A stretch of 64,000 nt of DNA, taken from NCBI GenBank assembly GCA_041891055.1, contig CP169074.1:160001-224000 (forward strand), written 5' to 3'. Below, in pieces: positions 9,584 to 18,475 of the stretch. Within the stretch, counting starts at the first letter, position 1; each line of letters begins with the position of its first letter. The stretch is from Halorutilales archaeon Cl-col2-1. Lineage in GTDB: Archaea > Halobacteriota > Halobacteria > Halobacteriales > Afararchaeaceae. The notes under the pieces were generated by a model. It worked only from the letters and a program-made list of their open reading frames with translations. It did not search any database and was not told the origin of the DNA. The position numbers and the translations under genes are program-made.

Positions 9584-10489
9584 ATGAAAGTAGATGTAGC
9601 GGGAGTCGAGTTCGACAACCCGGTTCTTCTCGCGTCGGGTATACTCGGCTCCACGGGAGAGTCACTCAACCGTGTCCTGAGAGAGGGCGCGGGGGGTGTA
9701 GTGACCAAGAGCGTCGGCACCGAGGTGCGTAAGGGACATCCCGGACCCAACGTCTTCGCCGACGACTCGGGCGAGTACGCTCTCAACGCCGTCGGTCTCT
9801 CGAATCCCTCTAAGGAGTTCGACGACGAGGTCGAGAAGGTCGAAGGAACCACAGTCGTGAGCATATTCGGAGGCACAGCCGAGGAGTTCGCTGACCTGGC
9901 GTCACATTTCGAGGAGTACGCCGACTGCCTCGAACTCAACGTCTCGTGTCCCCACGCAGAGGGCTACGGTACTGACATAGGCGCCGACCCCGATCTGACA
10001 CGCGATGTGACGGAGGCTGTCGTCGAGACGGTCGATGTTCCCGTCTGGGTCAAGCTCACCCCGAATGTCACTGACATAGCCGAGATAGGTCTAGCCGCCG
10101 AGGAAGCGGGTGCCGACGCAGTCGTCGCTATAAACACAGTGGGAGCGATGGCGATAGACACTCAAACCGCGTACCCAATACTCGGAAACGGAGAGGGGGG
10201 AATGAGCGGCTCGGCTGTCAAGCCTATCGCTGTGAGATCTGTCTACGAGCTCTACGAGGCTCTCGATATTCCCATCGTGGGAGTCGGCGGGGTGTCGTCG
10301 CCCGAAGACGCGATAGAGATGATGCTCGCGGGAGCGTCACTCGTAGAGGTCGGGACAGCCGTTAAAGACGACATCGGAGTCTTCGACGAGATAAGCCGAG
10401 GCATAGACGAGTACTCCGACGAGAAGGGCTGGAGCCACGACGAGATCGTCGGAAAGACACACGAGGTAGTCAAGGAGGCTGAGGAATGA
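9584..10489 (+). CDS. pyrD: dihydroorotate dehydrogenase class 1B, catalytic subunit
   Basis: [16 protein letters not shown] (catalytic Cys), [18 protein letters not shown]. Confidence 0.95.
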   Translation: MKVDVAGVEFDNPVLLASGILGSTGESLNRVLREGAGGVVTKSVGTEVRKGHPGPNVFADDSGEYALNAVGLSNPSKEFDDEVEKVEGTTVVSIFGGTAEEFADLASHFEEYADCLELNVSCPHAEGYGTDIGADPDLTRDVTEAVVETVDVPVWVKLTPNVTDIAEIGLAAEEAGADAVVAINTVGAMAIDTQTAYPILGNGEGGMSGSAVKPIAVRSVYELYEALDIPIVGVGGVSSPEDAIEMMLAGASLVEVGTAVKDDIGVFDEISRGIDEYSDEKGWSHDEIVGKTHEVVKEAEE

Positions 10490-11265
10490 GACCCATAAAT
10501 CTCGAAGTCACCGAAGTTATCGAGGAGGGAGACGGAATAGTTACGCTGAGATTCGACAGGGAGTTCGACGTCTCGGCGGGGAACTACGGGATGTTCTGGG
10601 TCAGAGGAGTCGACGAGGTTCCGATGAGCTTCTCGTACCCCGACGGTATCACGGTTAGGGCGATAGGAGAGACGACCCAAGCTATGACAGAGATGGAGGT
10701 CGGCGACTCTCTCGGCGTGAGAGGACCCTTCGGAGGGAGCTTCGACCTTCCCGACTCGGACTCAGGAGAGGTCGTGGTAGTCGGAGGCGGAACCGGAATG
10801 GCTCCAGTGGCTCTACTCACCGAGGAGGCGGCTCGTAAGGGTCTCGACGTCACGACTCTCATAGGCGCAGCGACTGCCGACGAAGTAGTCTTCGAACAGC
10901 GTCTCTCGTCGCTCGACGGCGTCGATGTCAGGGTAGCGACAGACGACGGAACGAAGGGGCACGAGGGATATGTGACTGAGCTTCTCGACGGCTACGACGC
11001 CGACGACGTAGATATGGTCGCGTCGTGTGGTCCCGAGCCGATGATGGCGAAGGTTCTCGAAAGGTACGACGAGGAAGACGTCGAAGTTCGGTTCAGCCTC
11101 GAAAGGTACATGAAATGCGGGATAGGGATCTGTGGCTCGTGCTGTATCGACGACACGGGATCACGCGTCTGTGCTGACGGTCCAGTCTACGACGGAGACA
11201 GCCTGAGAGGCGGCGAGTTCGGAGTCTACCACCGTGATGCCGCGGGAAGGAAAGAAGAGTTTTGA
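10486..11265 (+). CDS. pyrK: dihydroorotate dehydrogenase electron-transfer subunit
   Basis: RGPFG, GGGTGMAP, CGPEPMM and the ERYMKCGIGICGSC..VCADGPV 2Fe-2S motif; ATGA overlap with pyrD. Confidence 0.93.
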   Translation: MRPINLEVTEVIEEGDGIVTLRFDREFDVSAGNYGMFWVRGVDEVPMSFSYPDGITVRAIGETTQAMTEMEVGDSLGVRGPFGGSFDLPDSDSGEVVVVGGGTGMAPVALLTEEAARKGLDVTTLIGAATADEVVFEQRLSSLDGVDVRVATDDGTKGHEGYVTELLDGYDADDVDMVASCGPEPMMAKVLERYDEEDVEVRFSLERYMKCGIGICGSCCIDDTGSRVCADGPVYDGDSLRGGEFGVYHRDAAGRKEEF

Positions 11266-12005
11266 GCATAGAGACGACAAGGCAGAGTATGTTAGAAGCA
11301 CGTTTCGAGTTCGACGGCGAGGTGTACGAGGGTGTCGTAGTCCAGGACGAGATTCTGACCGAGGACACCGAGTTTCCGATAGAAGAGGTGGATATACTTC
11401 CGCCGTCTACTCCCTCGAAGGTCGTCGCCGTCGGAATGAACTACGCCGAACACGCCGAGGAGCTCGGATCAGAGGTTCCCGACTTCCCGCTTCTCTTCTT
11501 CAAACCCCCGAACTCTGTCATCGGACACGGCGAGGTAGTCGAGTATCCTGAAACTACCGACAGGCTAGAGTACGAGGGCGAGATAGGCGTCGTGATCGAC
11601 TCACACTGCAAGGATGTCTCTGTCGACGAGGCTCCCGAGTACATACGGGGATATACGTGTGTTAATGACATCACGGCGCGTGACTGGCAGGAGAAAGAGA
11701 GCCAGTGGGCGCGCGCTAAGGGCATGGACGGTTTCTGCCCAGTCGGACCCTTCGTACAGACTGACCTCTCCGACTCTATCGGCGTAGAGACAGTAGTCAA
11801 CGGCGAGGTGCGCCAGTCGGCAAACACCGAGGACACCGTCTTCTCGATACCCGAGATAGTCTCAGAGATCTCGCGGTTTATGACACTCGAAGAGGGTGAC
11901 GTCATAGCCACGGGAACACCCGAGGGCGTCGGAGAGATAGAGAGTGGAGACACCGTCGAGGTCGAAGTCGAGGACGTCGGTACACTCTCAAACGAGGTGG
12001 TCTGA
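11262..12005 (+). CDS. fumarylacetoacetate hydrolase family protein (alternative start ATG 11289)
   Basis: GMNYAEH, FFKPPNS, YEGEIG, NDITARD and TGTPEGVG motifs. Confidence 0.92.
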   Translation: MSIETTRQSMLEARFEFDGEVYEGVVVQDEILTEDTEFPIEEVDILPPSTPSKVVAVGMNYAEHAEELGSEVPDFPLLFFKPPNSVIGHGEVVEYPETTDRLEYEGEIGVVIDSHCKDVSVDEAPEYIRGYTCVNDITARDWQEKESQWARAKGMDGFCPVGPFVQTDLSDSIGVETVVNGEVRQSANTEDTVFSIPEIVSEISRFMTLEEGDVIATGTPEGVGEIESGDTVEVEVEDVGTLSNEVV

Positions 12006-12007
12006 GG

Positions 12008-12445
12008 GTGGCGAATCCGCAAGGAAGAAAGGGGGCGTCACGTGAGCGTGAACTCGTCGATATGCTCTGGGAGGAGGGCTTCGGCGTGATAAGAGCCCCC
12101 GCGTCGGGTAGCGCGACTCAGAGGGCGCTTCCCGACATACTCGCGGGCGACGGATCGACCTATGTTGCCGTAGAGGCGAAAGCGAGTGCGAAGGACACCG
12201 TCTACGTCGACGGCGACGAGATAGACTCGCTCCGTGAGTTCTCCGACAGGTTCGGCGCACGTATGCGTGTGGGTGTGAGGTTCAACAACGAGAACTGGTA
12301 CTTCTTCCACCCCGCCGACCTACACGTCACCGACGGCGGCAACTACCGGGTCAAGAGAGAGACAGCCCTGAGAGAGGGCGAGGACTTCGACGAACTCGTA
12401 GGAAAGACGAGACAGATGCGTCTCGGAGAAACCGACGACAAATAA
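12008..12445 (+). CDS. hjc: Holliday junction resolvase Hjc
   Basis: [26 protein letters not shown] (PD-D/ExK). Confidence 0.95.
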   Translation: MANPQGRKGASRERELVDMLWEEGFGVIRAPASGSATQRALPDILAGDGSTYVAVEAKASAKDTVYVDGDEIDSLREFSDRFGARMRVGVRFNNENWYFFHPADLHVTDGGNYRVKRETALREGEDFDELVGKTRQMRLGETDDK

Positions 12446-12479
12446 AAACAAACGGCAAACGGATAGTATACGTATACCA

Positions 12480-13418
12480 TCACCTCTCGGAGTCTTCCTT
12501 ATCCTTACCGCCCGACATCTTTACGGTGTGAGCCTCACACGGTTCGAGGTCGTCGAGCTTCGTCTCGTGGTAGTCACAGTACGGCGACGACGTACCTCCG
12601 TCCTCGATGTATTCGAGATATATACAGTTGCCGCAGTACCTGTCTCCCGTGAACCCCGAGTCTGTCGGGACGTTGTCGAGCGAACGCGGCTCCTGAGTAG
12701 GCGACTCGAACTCGGAGTCGGAGTCGGTCTCGGAGGTGTCGTTCCCGAGTATCTCGGCGTCAGTTCCGCCTCCACCACCTCCTCCACCCGAGGTGGACGA
12801 AGAGAGAGAGGTCGAAGACGAGACTGCTACGGAACCGAAGCTTCCGGTTCCGGTTTCGGAGTCCTCCGAAGTCGACTGCGATTGCGACTGCGAAGACGTC
12901 GTATCCTCCTCGTCGTTCCGGTCAGCGTAGCCGACCGAGATAGGTGTTCCCGGCGACGAGAGCTCTATCCGAAGTTCAAGGTCGAGTATCGACTTGAAGA
13001 GGGCGAGGAACTCGATAACAGAGCCGCTGCCGTATGTGACGACGACAGTCCATGTCAGGTCGGTTGGGTCTCCGTGCCACATATGCGGATAGACGTAGGT
13101 GAAGATGAGTATTCCGAGGAAAGAAGTTCCTACACCCACGAGAGCAATTCTGGTGTCCTCCCACGATGCCGGAAGAACTGCGAATATCCCGAGGAAGGTC
13201 AAGGGCACGCCTATTCCCGCGAGTATTCCTCCCGTCCCCCACTGCTCGGTCGGGTTCGACGTGCCGAGGAGACCGCCGACTGTCTCGGAGATGCTGACTA
13301 TGCCACCGAGTAAGACGAGAAAGACACCCAGCCCCACGAGTCCCAAGCCGATGTACAGGCGCCTCTCGGTCTCTATCTCGCCCAGCCTACGTCTGTACTT
13401 CTCCCGGATGCCCGCCAT
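12480..13418 (-). CDS. haloarchaeal 4-TM membrane protein with S/T/G-rich linker and C-terminal Cys cluster (DUF7139 / possibly CdpA-like)
   Basis: Four hydrophobic segments, low-complexity linker, DRYCGNC..PYCDYH..LEPC tail. Start taken at ATG 13418. Confidence 0.7.
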   Translation of the reverse strand: MAGIREKYRRRLGEIETERRLYIGLGLVGLGVFLVLLGGIVSISETVGGLLGTSNPTEQWGTGGILAGIGVPLTFLGIFAVLPASWEDTRIALVGVGTSFLGILIFTYVYPHMWHGDPTDLTWTVVVTYGSGSVIEFLALFKSILDLELRIELSSPGTPISVGYADRNDEEDTTSSQSQSQSTSEDSETGTGSFGSVAVSSSTSLSSSTSGGGGGGGGTDAEILGNDTSETDSDSEFESPTQEPRSLDNVPTDSGFTGDRYCGNCIYLEYIEDGGTSSPYCDYHETKLDDLEPCEAHTVKMSGGKDKEDSER

Positions 13419-13521
13419 GTGACTCAGTAGTATACGAAGAATAATAGTCTTTCGCTCGTTTGACTGAAACAGCCGTTTGAGCCTGAGCAAATGCTTTCAA
13501 GCCTCGGGAGTATCTAAGGAC

Positions 13522-13977
13522 ATGAGACGCAGAGAGCTACTCGGAGCCATAGGAACCGTAGCAGTTGCGGGATGTACGTCACTAGACGGCGGAGGCGAAG
13601 ATGACTCCCGAACGCGTTATGTGTCCGGTTCGTTCTCAGCCACGGGTGGTAACTGTGGAACACAGACCGACGAGGAGCCCGAGGTCGAGTTCGACGAGGA
13701 GGATCTCACTGTTTCAGTCGCGGGAGTCCTCAACGGAAGAGACACGTGTGAGACTGCTGAGATCAGGTCTGCGGAGTACTCGTCCGACGACGACAGCTTC
13801 ACGGTCGAGATCGAGACTATCAAACTCGACACCGACAAGATGTGCGCCCAGTGTATCACAGAGATAGAGTACTCCGCCGAGTTCGGCTTCGAGGGAGGTC
13901 TGCCGTCGGAGGTCACCGTGGTGGAGTCAGACACCAACGGAAGCGAGTCGACGACAGTTCCGCGGTCAGGCTCGTAA
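13522..13977 (+). CDS. Tat-exported lipoprotein
   Basis: MRRRELL twin-arginine motif, VAGC lipobox, further Cys residues (CAQC). Confidence 0.85.
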   Translation: MRRRELLGAIGTVAVAGCTSLDGGGEDDSRTRYVSGSFSATGGNCGTQTDEEPEVEFDEEDLTVSVAGVLNGRDTCETAEIRSAEYSSDDDSFTVEIETIKLDTDKMCAQCITEIEYSAEFGFEGGLPSEVTVVESDTNGSESTTVPRSGS

Positions 13978-14008
13978 GCCTCTAAAGAGTCGGCGTCCAA
14001 CCTCGTGT

Positions 14009-14218
14009 ATGGAGATAACTGCCGAGGTCATGAACGGCGACACCTACGAGGTCGATGTCGAGGACGACGCCGTCTATGCCGAGATACTCGACGAGGTCGG
14101 CTTAAACCCCGAGGGAGCCGTTGTCGTTGTCGACGGCAGACCAGTACCCGAGGACGGACGCGTCTCCGACGATGTCGACAGAGTCAAGATCATGAGAACA
14201 GTCTCAGGCGGTGTGTAG
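14009..14218 (+). CDS. samp2: ubiquitin-like small archaeal modifier SAMP2
   Basis: VDGRPVPED and DRVKIMRTVSGG closely resemble Haloferax SAMP2. One extra Val follows the GG. Confidence 0.88.
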   Translation: MEITAEVMNGDTYEVDVEDDAVYAEILDEVGLNPEGAVVVVDGRPVPEDGRVSDDVDRVKIMRTVSGGV

Positions 14219-15250
14219 CTCTTCGAGTGCTTCGAGTAAGACGTCGTTCTCCTCCGGTGTTCTGATGGCAACTCTCACTGTGTCTTCGAGACCCTCAAAG
14301 CTCGAACAGTCTCTTACGAGGACGCCGTGTTCGTGTCCGAGTAGCTCCTCGACTGCCTCCTCCGAAGACAGAGGGGAGACGTCGACGAGGACGAAGTTGG
14401 TCGCCGACTCGGTGACTATCCTTTCTCCGAGTCTCTCGACGATCCTCTCGCGTTCGGACTCGATGGCTTCGGCCGACTCCTCAACGTAGTCGGTGTGTCT
14501 CACCGCCTCCTTTCCGACCTCCGCCGCAGCTGTGTTGACGTTCCACGCGGGTCTCGCGGCTTCAAGGGCTTCGAGTATCTCGCCGTGTGCGACAACGTAG
14601 CCGAGACGTAGACCCGGAATACGGAAAGACTTCGTGAGACTGTGGACTGCGACGGCGTTGTCGGGTAGTTCGGGCGCAACAGAGTCGCCGCGTGACAGGT
14701 CGATGAACGCCTCGTCGACTACGAGGTACGAGCCGCGGTCGGAGAGGTACTCGGCTGTCTCGAGAACTTCATCCCGGTCGAGTAGCTCCCCAGTCGGGTT
14801 GTTGGGGTTACAGACGAAGACGACATCGGGCACGGAGTCGAGAGACGCGACCGAGTCGCGCTTCACGCGAGTCTCAATCTCCACGACGTCGGCTCCGTGT
14901 AGACGTGCTTCCCTCGCGTACTCCGCAAAGCCGGGTGAGGGCACAGCTACGGTATCACCTTCGTCCACGACAACCGACGAGACAAGACGCAGTGCCTCCG
15001 CGGCGCCGTTAGTCGGTACGACTCTGTCCCGTGAAACCCCACACAGACGCGACAGCGACTCCCTCAGGTCGGAGTAGGAGTCGTCGGGGTACTCGTCGAC
15101 CGAGTCGTACGCCGACTCGTAGGCTTCTCGGAGTGCCTCGGGCGGAGGATACGGATTTATGTTGGCACTGAAGTCGATCACGTCTCCGTGGTGGCTCTTC
15201 CGTCCGCCGTGGAAGGCTCTCCCTTCGTCTATCAGGTCTTCGATTTTCAT
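14204..15250 (-). CDS. cobD: L-threonine-O-3-phosphate decarboxylase
   Basis: HGG..DFSANINP, NPNNPTG, DEAFID, SLTKSFRIPGLRLGY; in the cobalamin cluster. Start at ATG 15250. Confidence 0.88.
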   Translation of the reverse strand: MKIEDLIDEGRAFHGGRKSHHGDVIDFSANINPYPPPEALREAYESAYDSVDEYPDDSYSDLRESLSRLCGVSRDRVVPTNGAAEALRLVSSVVVDEGDTVAVPSPGFAEYAREARLHGADVVEIETRVKRDSVASLDSVPDVVFVCNPNNPTGELLDRDEVLETAEYLSDRGSYLVVDEAFIDLSRGDSVAPELPDNAVAVHSLTKSFRIPGLRLGYVVAHGEILEALEAARPAWNVNTAAAEVGKEAVRHTDYVEESAEAIESERERIVERLGERIVTESATNFVLVDVSPLSSEEAVEELLGHEHGVLVRDCSSFEGLEDTVRVAIRTPEENDVLLEALEELHTA

Positions 15251-15251
15251 G

Positions 15252-15830
15252 TTAGTCAGTCTTACTCTCACTCTTTCTTTCGAGTATCTGTCTCGCTATC
15301 TCGGCATCGTTTGCGGTGTTTACGTTGACTGCGAGATCTTCGTCGTCGACGATGATACGTTTCTCGCCGCCGTCCTCTCCGACTATGTTGAGGCCCGTAG
15401 GAACCGTGCCGTCGTATACCTTAGAGTCGTCTACGTTGACCCCGACCGACTCACGCAGTCTGAGAGACGTAGCTACTGTCAACGATCTTCCGTCGTACTC
15501 GTCGAGTACGGCGTCGACGAGGTCGGGCTGAATAAGGGGGGTGTCGCTCGTCGCCGTCAGAACCGGTGCTCCTATCTCCTCGATACAGTAGCCGAGATCC
15601 TCTACGTAGCCGTCCCCGGATGTCTGTATGAGACTCACTCGGTCGTCGGATTCGAGGTAGCTCTGTGTCTCAGGGGTATGGGACGAGACTGCGACATAGA
15701 CCGTGTCGAGACTCGATCCTTCGAGAGCCTCGACGACGTGGTCGACCATCGGCTTTCCGCACAGTCTTAGAAGGGGCTTCTCGACGTGTATGCCCGAACG
15801 CCGGAGACGGGTTCCTCTTCCGCCTGCCAT
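15252..15830 (-). CDS. cobY: adenosylcobinamide-phosphate guanylyltransferase (NTP transferase)
   Basis: MAGGRGTRL..EKPLL and NVNT motifs; ATG overlaps the cobS TGA. Confidence 0.88.
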   Translation of the reverse strand: MAGGRGTRLRRSGIHVEKPLLRLCGKPMVDHVVEALEGSSLDTVYVAVSSHTPETQSYLESDDRVSLIQTSGDGYVEDLGYCIEEIGAPVLTATSDTPLIQPDLVDAVLDEYDGRSLTVATSLRLRESVGVNVDDSKVYDGTVPTGLNIVGEDGGEKRIIVDDEDLAVNVNTANDAEIARQILERKSESKTD

Positions 15831-16552
15831 CACAAGACCGTCGATACTAACACCCCCGCGACGAGAGACGTGAGACGGACTACCTCGTTCGTCGCTCCGA
15901 AGACGTCGCCTGAGACTCCGCCGAAGTTCTGTCTCGATACCCTTATGAGTAGAACCGCCGTGGCTACTCCAAACCCGAGTATGGTGATACCGACCACTTG
16001 TTCGGGCAGAACCGCGACGAGCCCAAACGCGAGGAATAGAGAGACTAGAAAGTGCCACTGGGGGGTCGACTCTATGTGGCGCGATCCGTGGCCCTCGTGG
16101 GAAGCTTTTCCGAGACAGACTTCGAGTGATATTCCCGTCTTAGCCGCGATCTCGGAGACGAAAACTACCGTGACAGCGAGGGTCGGGCTGAGAGACATCA
16201 GAGACGATGAGGTGGCGTATAGACCCAAAACGGCGACTCCGACCGCGACAGTTCCTCCTATACCCGTGTTTAGATCCTTCATCGCATCACGTCTCTCGTC
16301 CTCGGAGCCGTGTGCGGCTAATCCGTCGGCGAAGTCGGCGAGACCGTCGGAGTGGTTTATCCCCTGTACTCCGATGAGAGCCGCGACATAGACGAAGCCG
16401 CCGACATCGGGTGGTACGCCGAGACGAACCAGTCCGAGGACGATCAGTGACATTACGCCTCCGACGACGCCACCTATCAGGGGGAAGACGTATCCGTTCG
16501 ACGAGAACGCCTCGAAAGACCTCTTAGACCTTCCGACGGGGACACGTGTCAT
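15830..16552 (-). CDS. cobS: adenosylcobinamide-GDP ribazoletransferase (true start probably further upstream)
   Basis: HSDGLADFADG, AMKD and FGGVSGDVFGA motifs; multi-TM. Confidence 0.92.
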   Translation of the reverse strand: MTRVPVGRSKRSFEAFSSNGYVFPLIGGVVGGVMSLIVLGLVRLGVPPDVGGFVYVAALIGVQGINHSDGLADFADGLAAHGSEDERRDAMKDLNTGIGGTVAVGVAVLGLYATSSSLMSLSPTLAVTVVFVSEIAAKTGISLEVCLGKASHEGHGSRHIESTPQWHFLVSLFLAFGLVAVLPEQVVGITILGFGVATAVLLIRVSRQNFGGVSGDVFGATNEVVRLTSLVAGVLVSTVL

Positions 16553-16605
16553 CCAGCCGAGACCTCCTAAGAAGGCTCTCCAGACATCGAGAAGTCCTGC
16601 GAGTC

Positions 16606-17520
16606 TCAGATTACCACGCTCCTCGGTAGATATAGGAACACGACTGCTACGGTACCGAGAACAACGAGAGACGCTATCCAGACAGTTCTGATTCCCCTCC
16701 CGATGTCGTCGACCGACGGATAGCCGGCGTCCTCGACTCCCAGTATGTAATGATCCTTCTTTTCGAGACGTACGCCGAGAGCCGCTCCGAGTGACGACAT
16801 CGGTAGTCCCGAGTTGGGTGACGAGACGCGCGACGACTGTCTCACCGGAGCGGTGACCGCATCAACCGAGACCGACGAGAGACCAAGCACGACGACCGAG
16901 AGACGCGCAGGGATGTACGAGGCTAAGTCGTCGGTACGCGCACTCGCGTACCCCGCTCTGCCCTCGGAGACGTATCCCACCATCGAGTCAGCCGTGTTGA
17001 TAACTCTGTATCCGACTGCGGCTCCGACGCCGTACTCGACCCCCGCTAAGGAGAAGACGCCGAAGTAGAAGACTGGAGCGAGGAAGCCGTCGACGAAGTT
17101 CTCTGAGAGGCTCTCTACGACAGCACTCCTGACCTCTTCCGCCGAGAGCTGAGAGGCGTCCCTTCCAGCGAGTCCACGGAGTTGGTGGCGTGCGTCTTCG
17201 ATGTTTTCGTCGGTGAGCCGTGCGACCTCTCCCGCTGTCTCGACGAACTCCGTAAGAGAGAAGGTAGTGCTCAGGAGGTACGCGCCCAAGACGACGGTCG
17301 CCATTCTCGGGAGTACTGTGAGAGCCGATACTGTCACCGAGACAGAGACACCGACGGGTACCAGAACCGTGGGAAGACCATAAACCGACTCGAAGCCCCT
17401 CCGGCTCAGACGGTCTATGAGTCCTCCGACCCAGACCACGGGATGGAACTTCGGACGCGGCTCTCCGAAGAGGATGTCGAGAGACACCGCGCCTACGAGA
17501 ACCCAAAGCGGTAAGTTCAT
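16606..17520 (-). CDS. cbiB: adenosylcobinamide-phosphate synthase
   Basis: GEP..HPVVW, ESLSENFVDG, INTADSMVGY and SPNSG motifs. Confidence 0.93.
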   Translation of the reverse strand: MNLPLWVLVGAVSLDILFGEPRPKFHPVVWVGGLIDRLSRRGFESVYGLPTVLVPVGVSVSVTVSALTVLPRMATVVLGAYLLSTTFSLTEFVETAGEVARLTDENIEDARHQLRGLAGRDASQLSAEEVRSAVVESLSENFVDGFLAPVFYFGVFSLAGVEYGVGAAVGYRVINTADSMVGYVSEGRAGYASARTDDLASYIPARLSVVVLGLSSVSVDAVTAPVRQSSRVSSPNSGLPMSSLGAALGVRLEKKDHYILGVEDAGYPSVDDIGRGIRTVWIASLVVLGTVAVVFLYLPRSVVI

Positions 17521-18224
17521 CTTCTCAGTACCTCTGTTACCTCGGATATGTCTGTAACCACGTAGTCGGGGTTCGCCTTTTCTCGTGCCATGTCGCTTTT
17601 CGCGTTCGCGTACTCGTCGTCATCGTCATCGTCGGCGTCGACAAGACACGTTTTAAAGCCTGCCTTGTTTCCACCCTCAATGTCGACGAGGCTGTCACCC
17701 ACATGTACGACGTCGTGACGGACTTCCTCTGTGTCAACCCCGAGCTGTCTCAGAGCCTCGTCGAACGGCTCGGTACTCGGCTTCCTGTGTCCGACATCGA
17801 CGCTCGAAACTACGGCGTCGAACTCATCACGGAGTCCCGCCTCGGAAAGCGCGGTATCGACGAGACCCTCGACGCTCGTGTTCGAGACCACTGCGGTCAA
17901 CGTGTCATCGGAGGACGAAACCTTTTCTACTACCTCTTCCGCTCCGTCTACACGGCGTATTTCGGCGTCGAAGAAGATGTCTTCGACTCTCCGCCGAACC
18001 TCTTCCTTTTCGACCTCACAGCCGAGCCTCGCGAGTGTTTCGGAGACGTGATCCGTGAGAGGGATCTCGACCTCGTGACTCCTTTCCTCGTATACGGTAA
18101 CGTACTCGGTCTTGAAATCGTTAGACCCGACGCCGAGAGATGCCACAGCCTCGGTGATCTCGTCGAAGGGATCGACATCGACAGTCACGAGAGTGCCGAA
18201 GAGGTCGAAGAAACGGAGTCGCAT
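17517..18224 (-). CDS. HAD-family hydrolase heading the cobalamin operon
   Basis: FDLFGTL, VSN, RKP and HVGDS..D HAD motifs. Confidence 0.85.
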   Translation of the reverse strand: MRLRFFDLFGTLVTVDVDPFDEITEAVASLGVGSNDFKTEYVTVYEERSHEVEIPLTDHVSETLARLGCEVEKEEVRRRVEDIFFDAEIRRVDGAEEVVEKVSSSDDTLTAVVSNTSVEGLVDTALSEAGLRDEFDAVVSSVDVGHRKPSTEPFDEALRQLGVDTEEVRHDVVHVGDSLVDIEGGNKAGFKTCLVDADDDDDDEYANAKSDMAREKANPDYVVTDISEVTEVLRR

Positions 18225-18289
18225 CTGACGGATAGTCGTGTCTTCGTGTCTTAACTCTTTTACTCTGAGACCGACAGCTATATATCTTT

Positions 18290-18303
18290 TTAGGACGACC
18301 TAA
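18290..18303. promoter_or_regulatory. DtxR/SirR/TroR-type metal-repressor box
   Basis: Palindrome TTAGG-ACGA-CCTAA just downstream of TATATAT and upstream of iron-type ABC genes. Confidence 0.65.
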
Positions 18304-18330
18304 CTAGTAGAATCTCGGATCTCGGGTACT

Positions 18331-18450
18331 GAACTGATACCCACGGGGTTCAAGAGCCTGGCGACATATGTATCGACTGTGCAGGTTCAGGGGTACTACG
18401 GACACGCCGTCTCGGTGCTCATACTCGTCGTCTCGGGAATCTCGGTGTAA
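18331..18450 (+). pseudogene. 3' remnant of an Fe3+ ABC permease (FbpB-like)
   Basis: Reads ELIPTGFKSLATYVSTVQVQGYYGHAVSVLILVVSGISV*, resembling the permease C-terminal PTGF..L.TY..VQ..GYYG.A motif. An in-frame stop at 18301 is followed by no ATG. Confidence 0.65.
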
Positions 18451-18475
18451 GTAACGGTATCACAGGAGGGATACG

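Noticed and set aside
13840-13860. CAQC in the Tat lipoprotein as a possible Ccm substrate
   Set aside because: It is followed by Ile, not His, so it is not a CxxCH heme motif.
15831-16058. Long N-terminal extension of CobY
   Set aside because: It overlaps cobS. The TGATG coupling at 15830 gives a better start.
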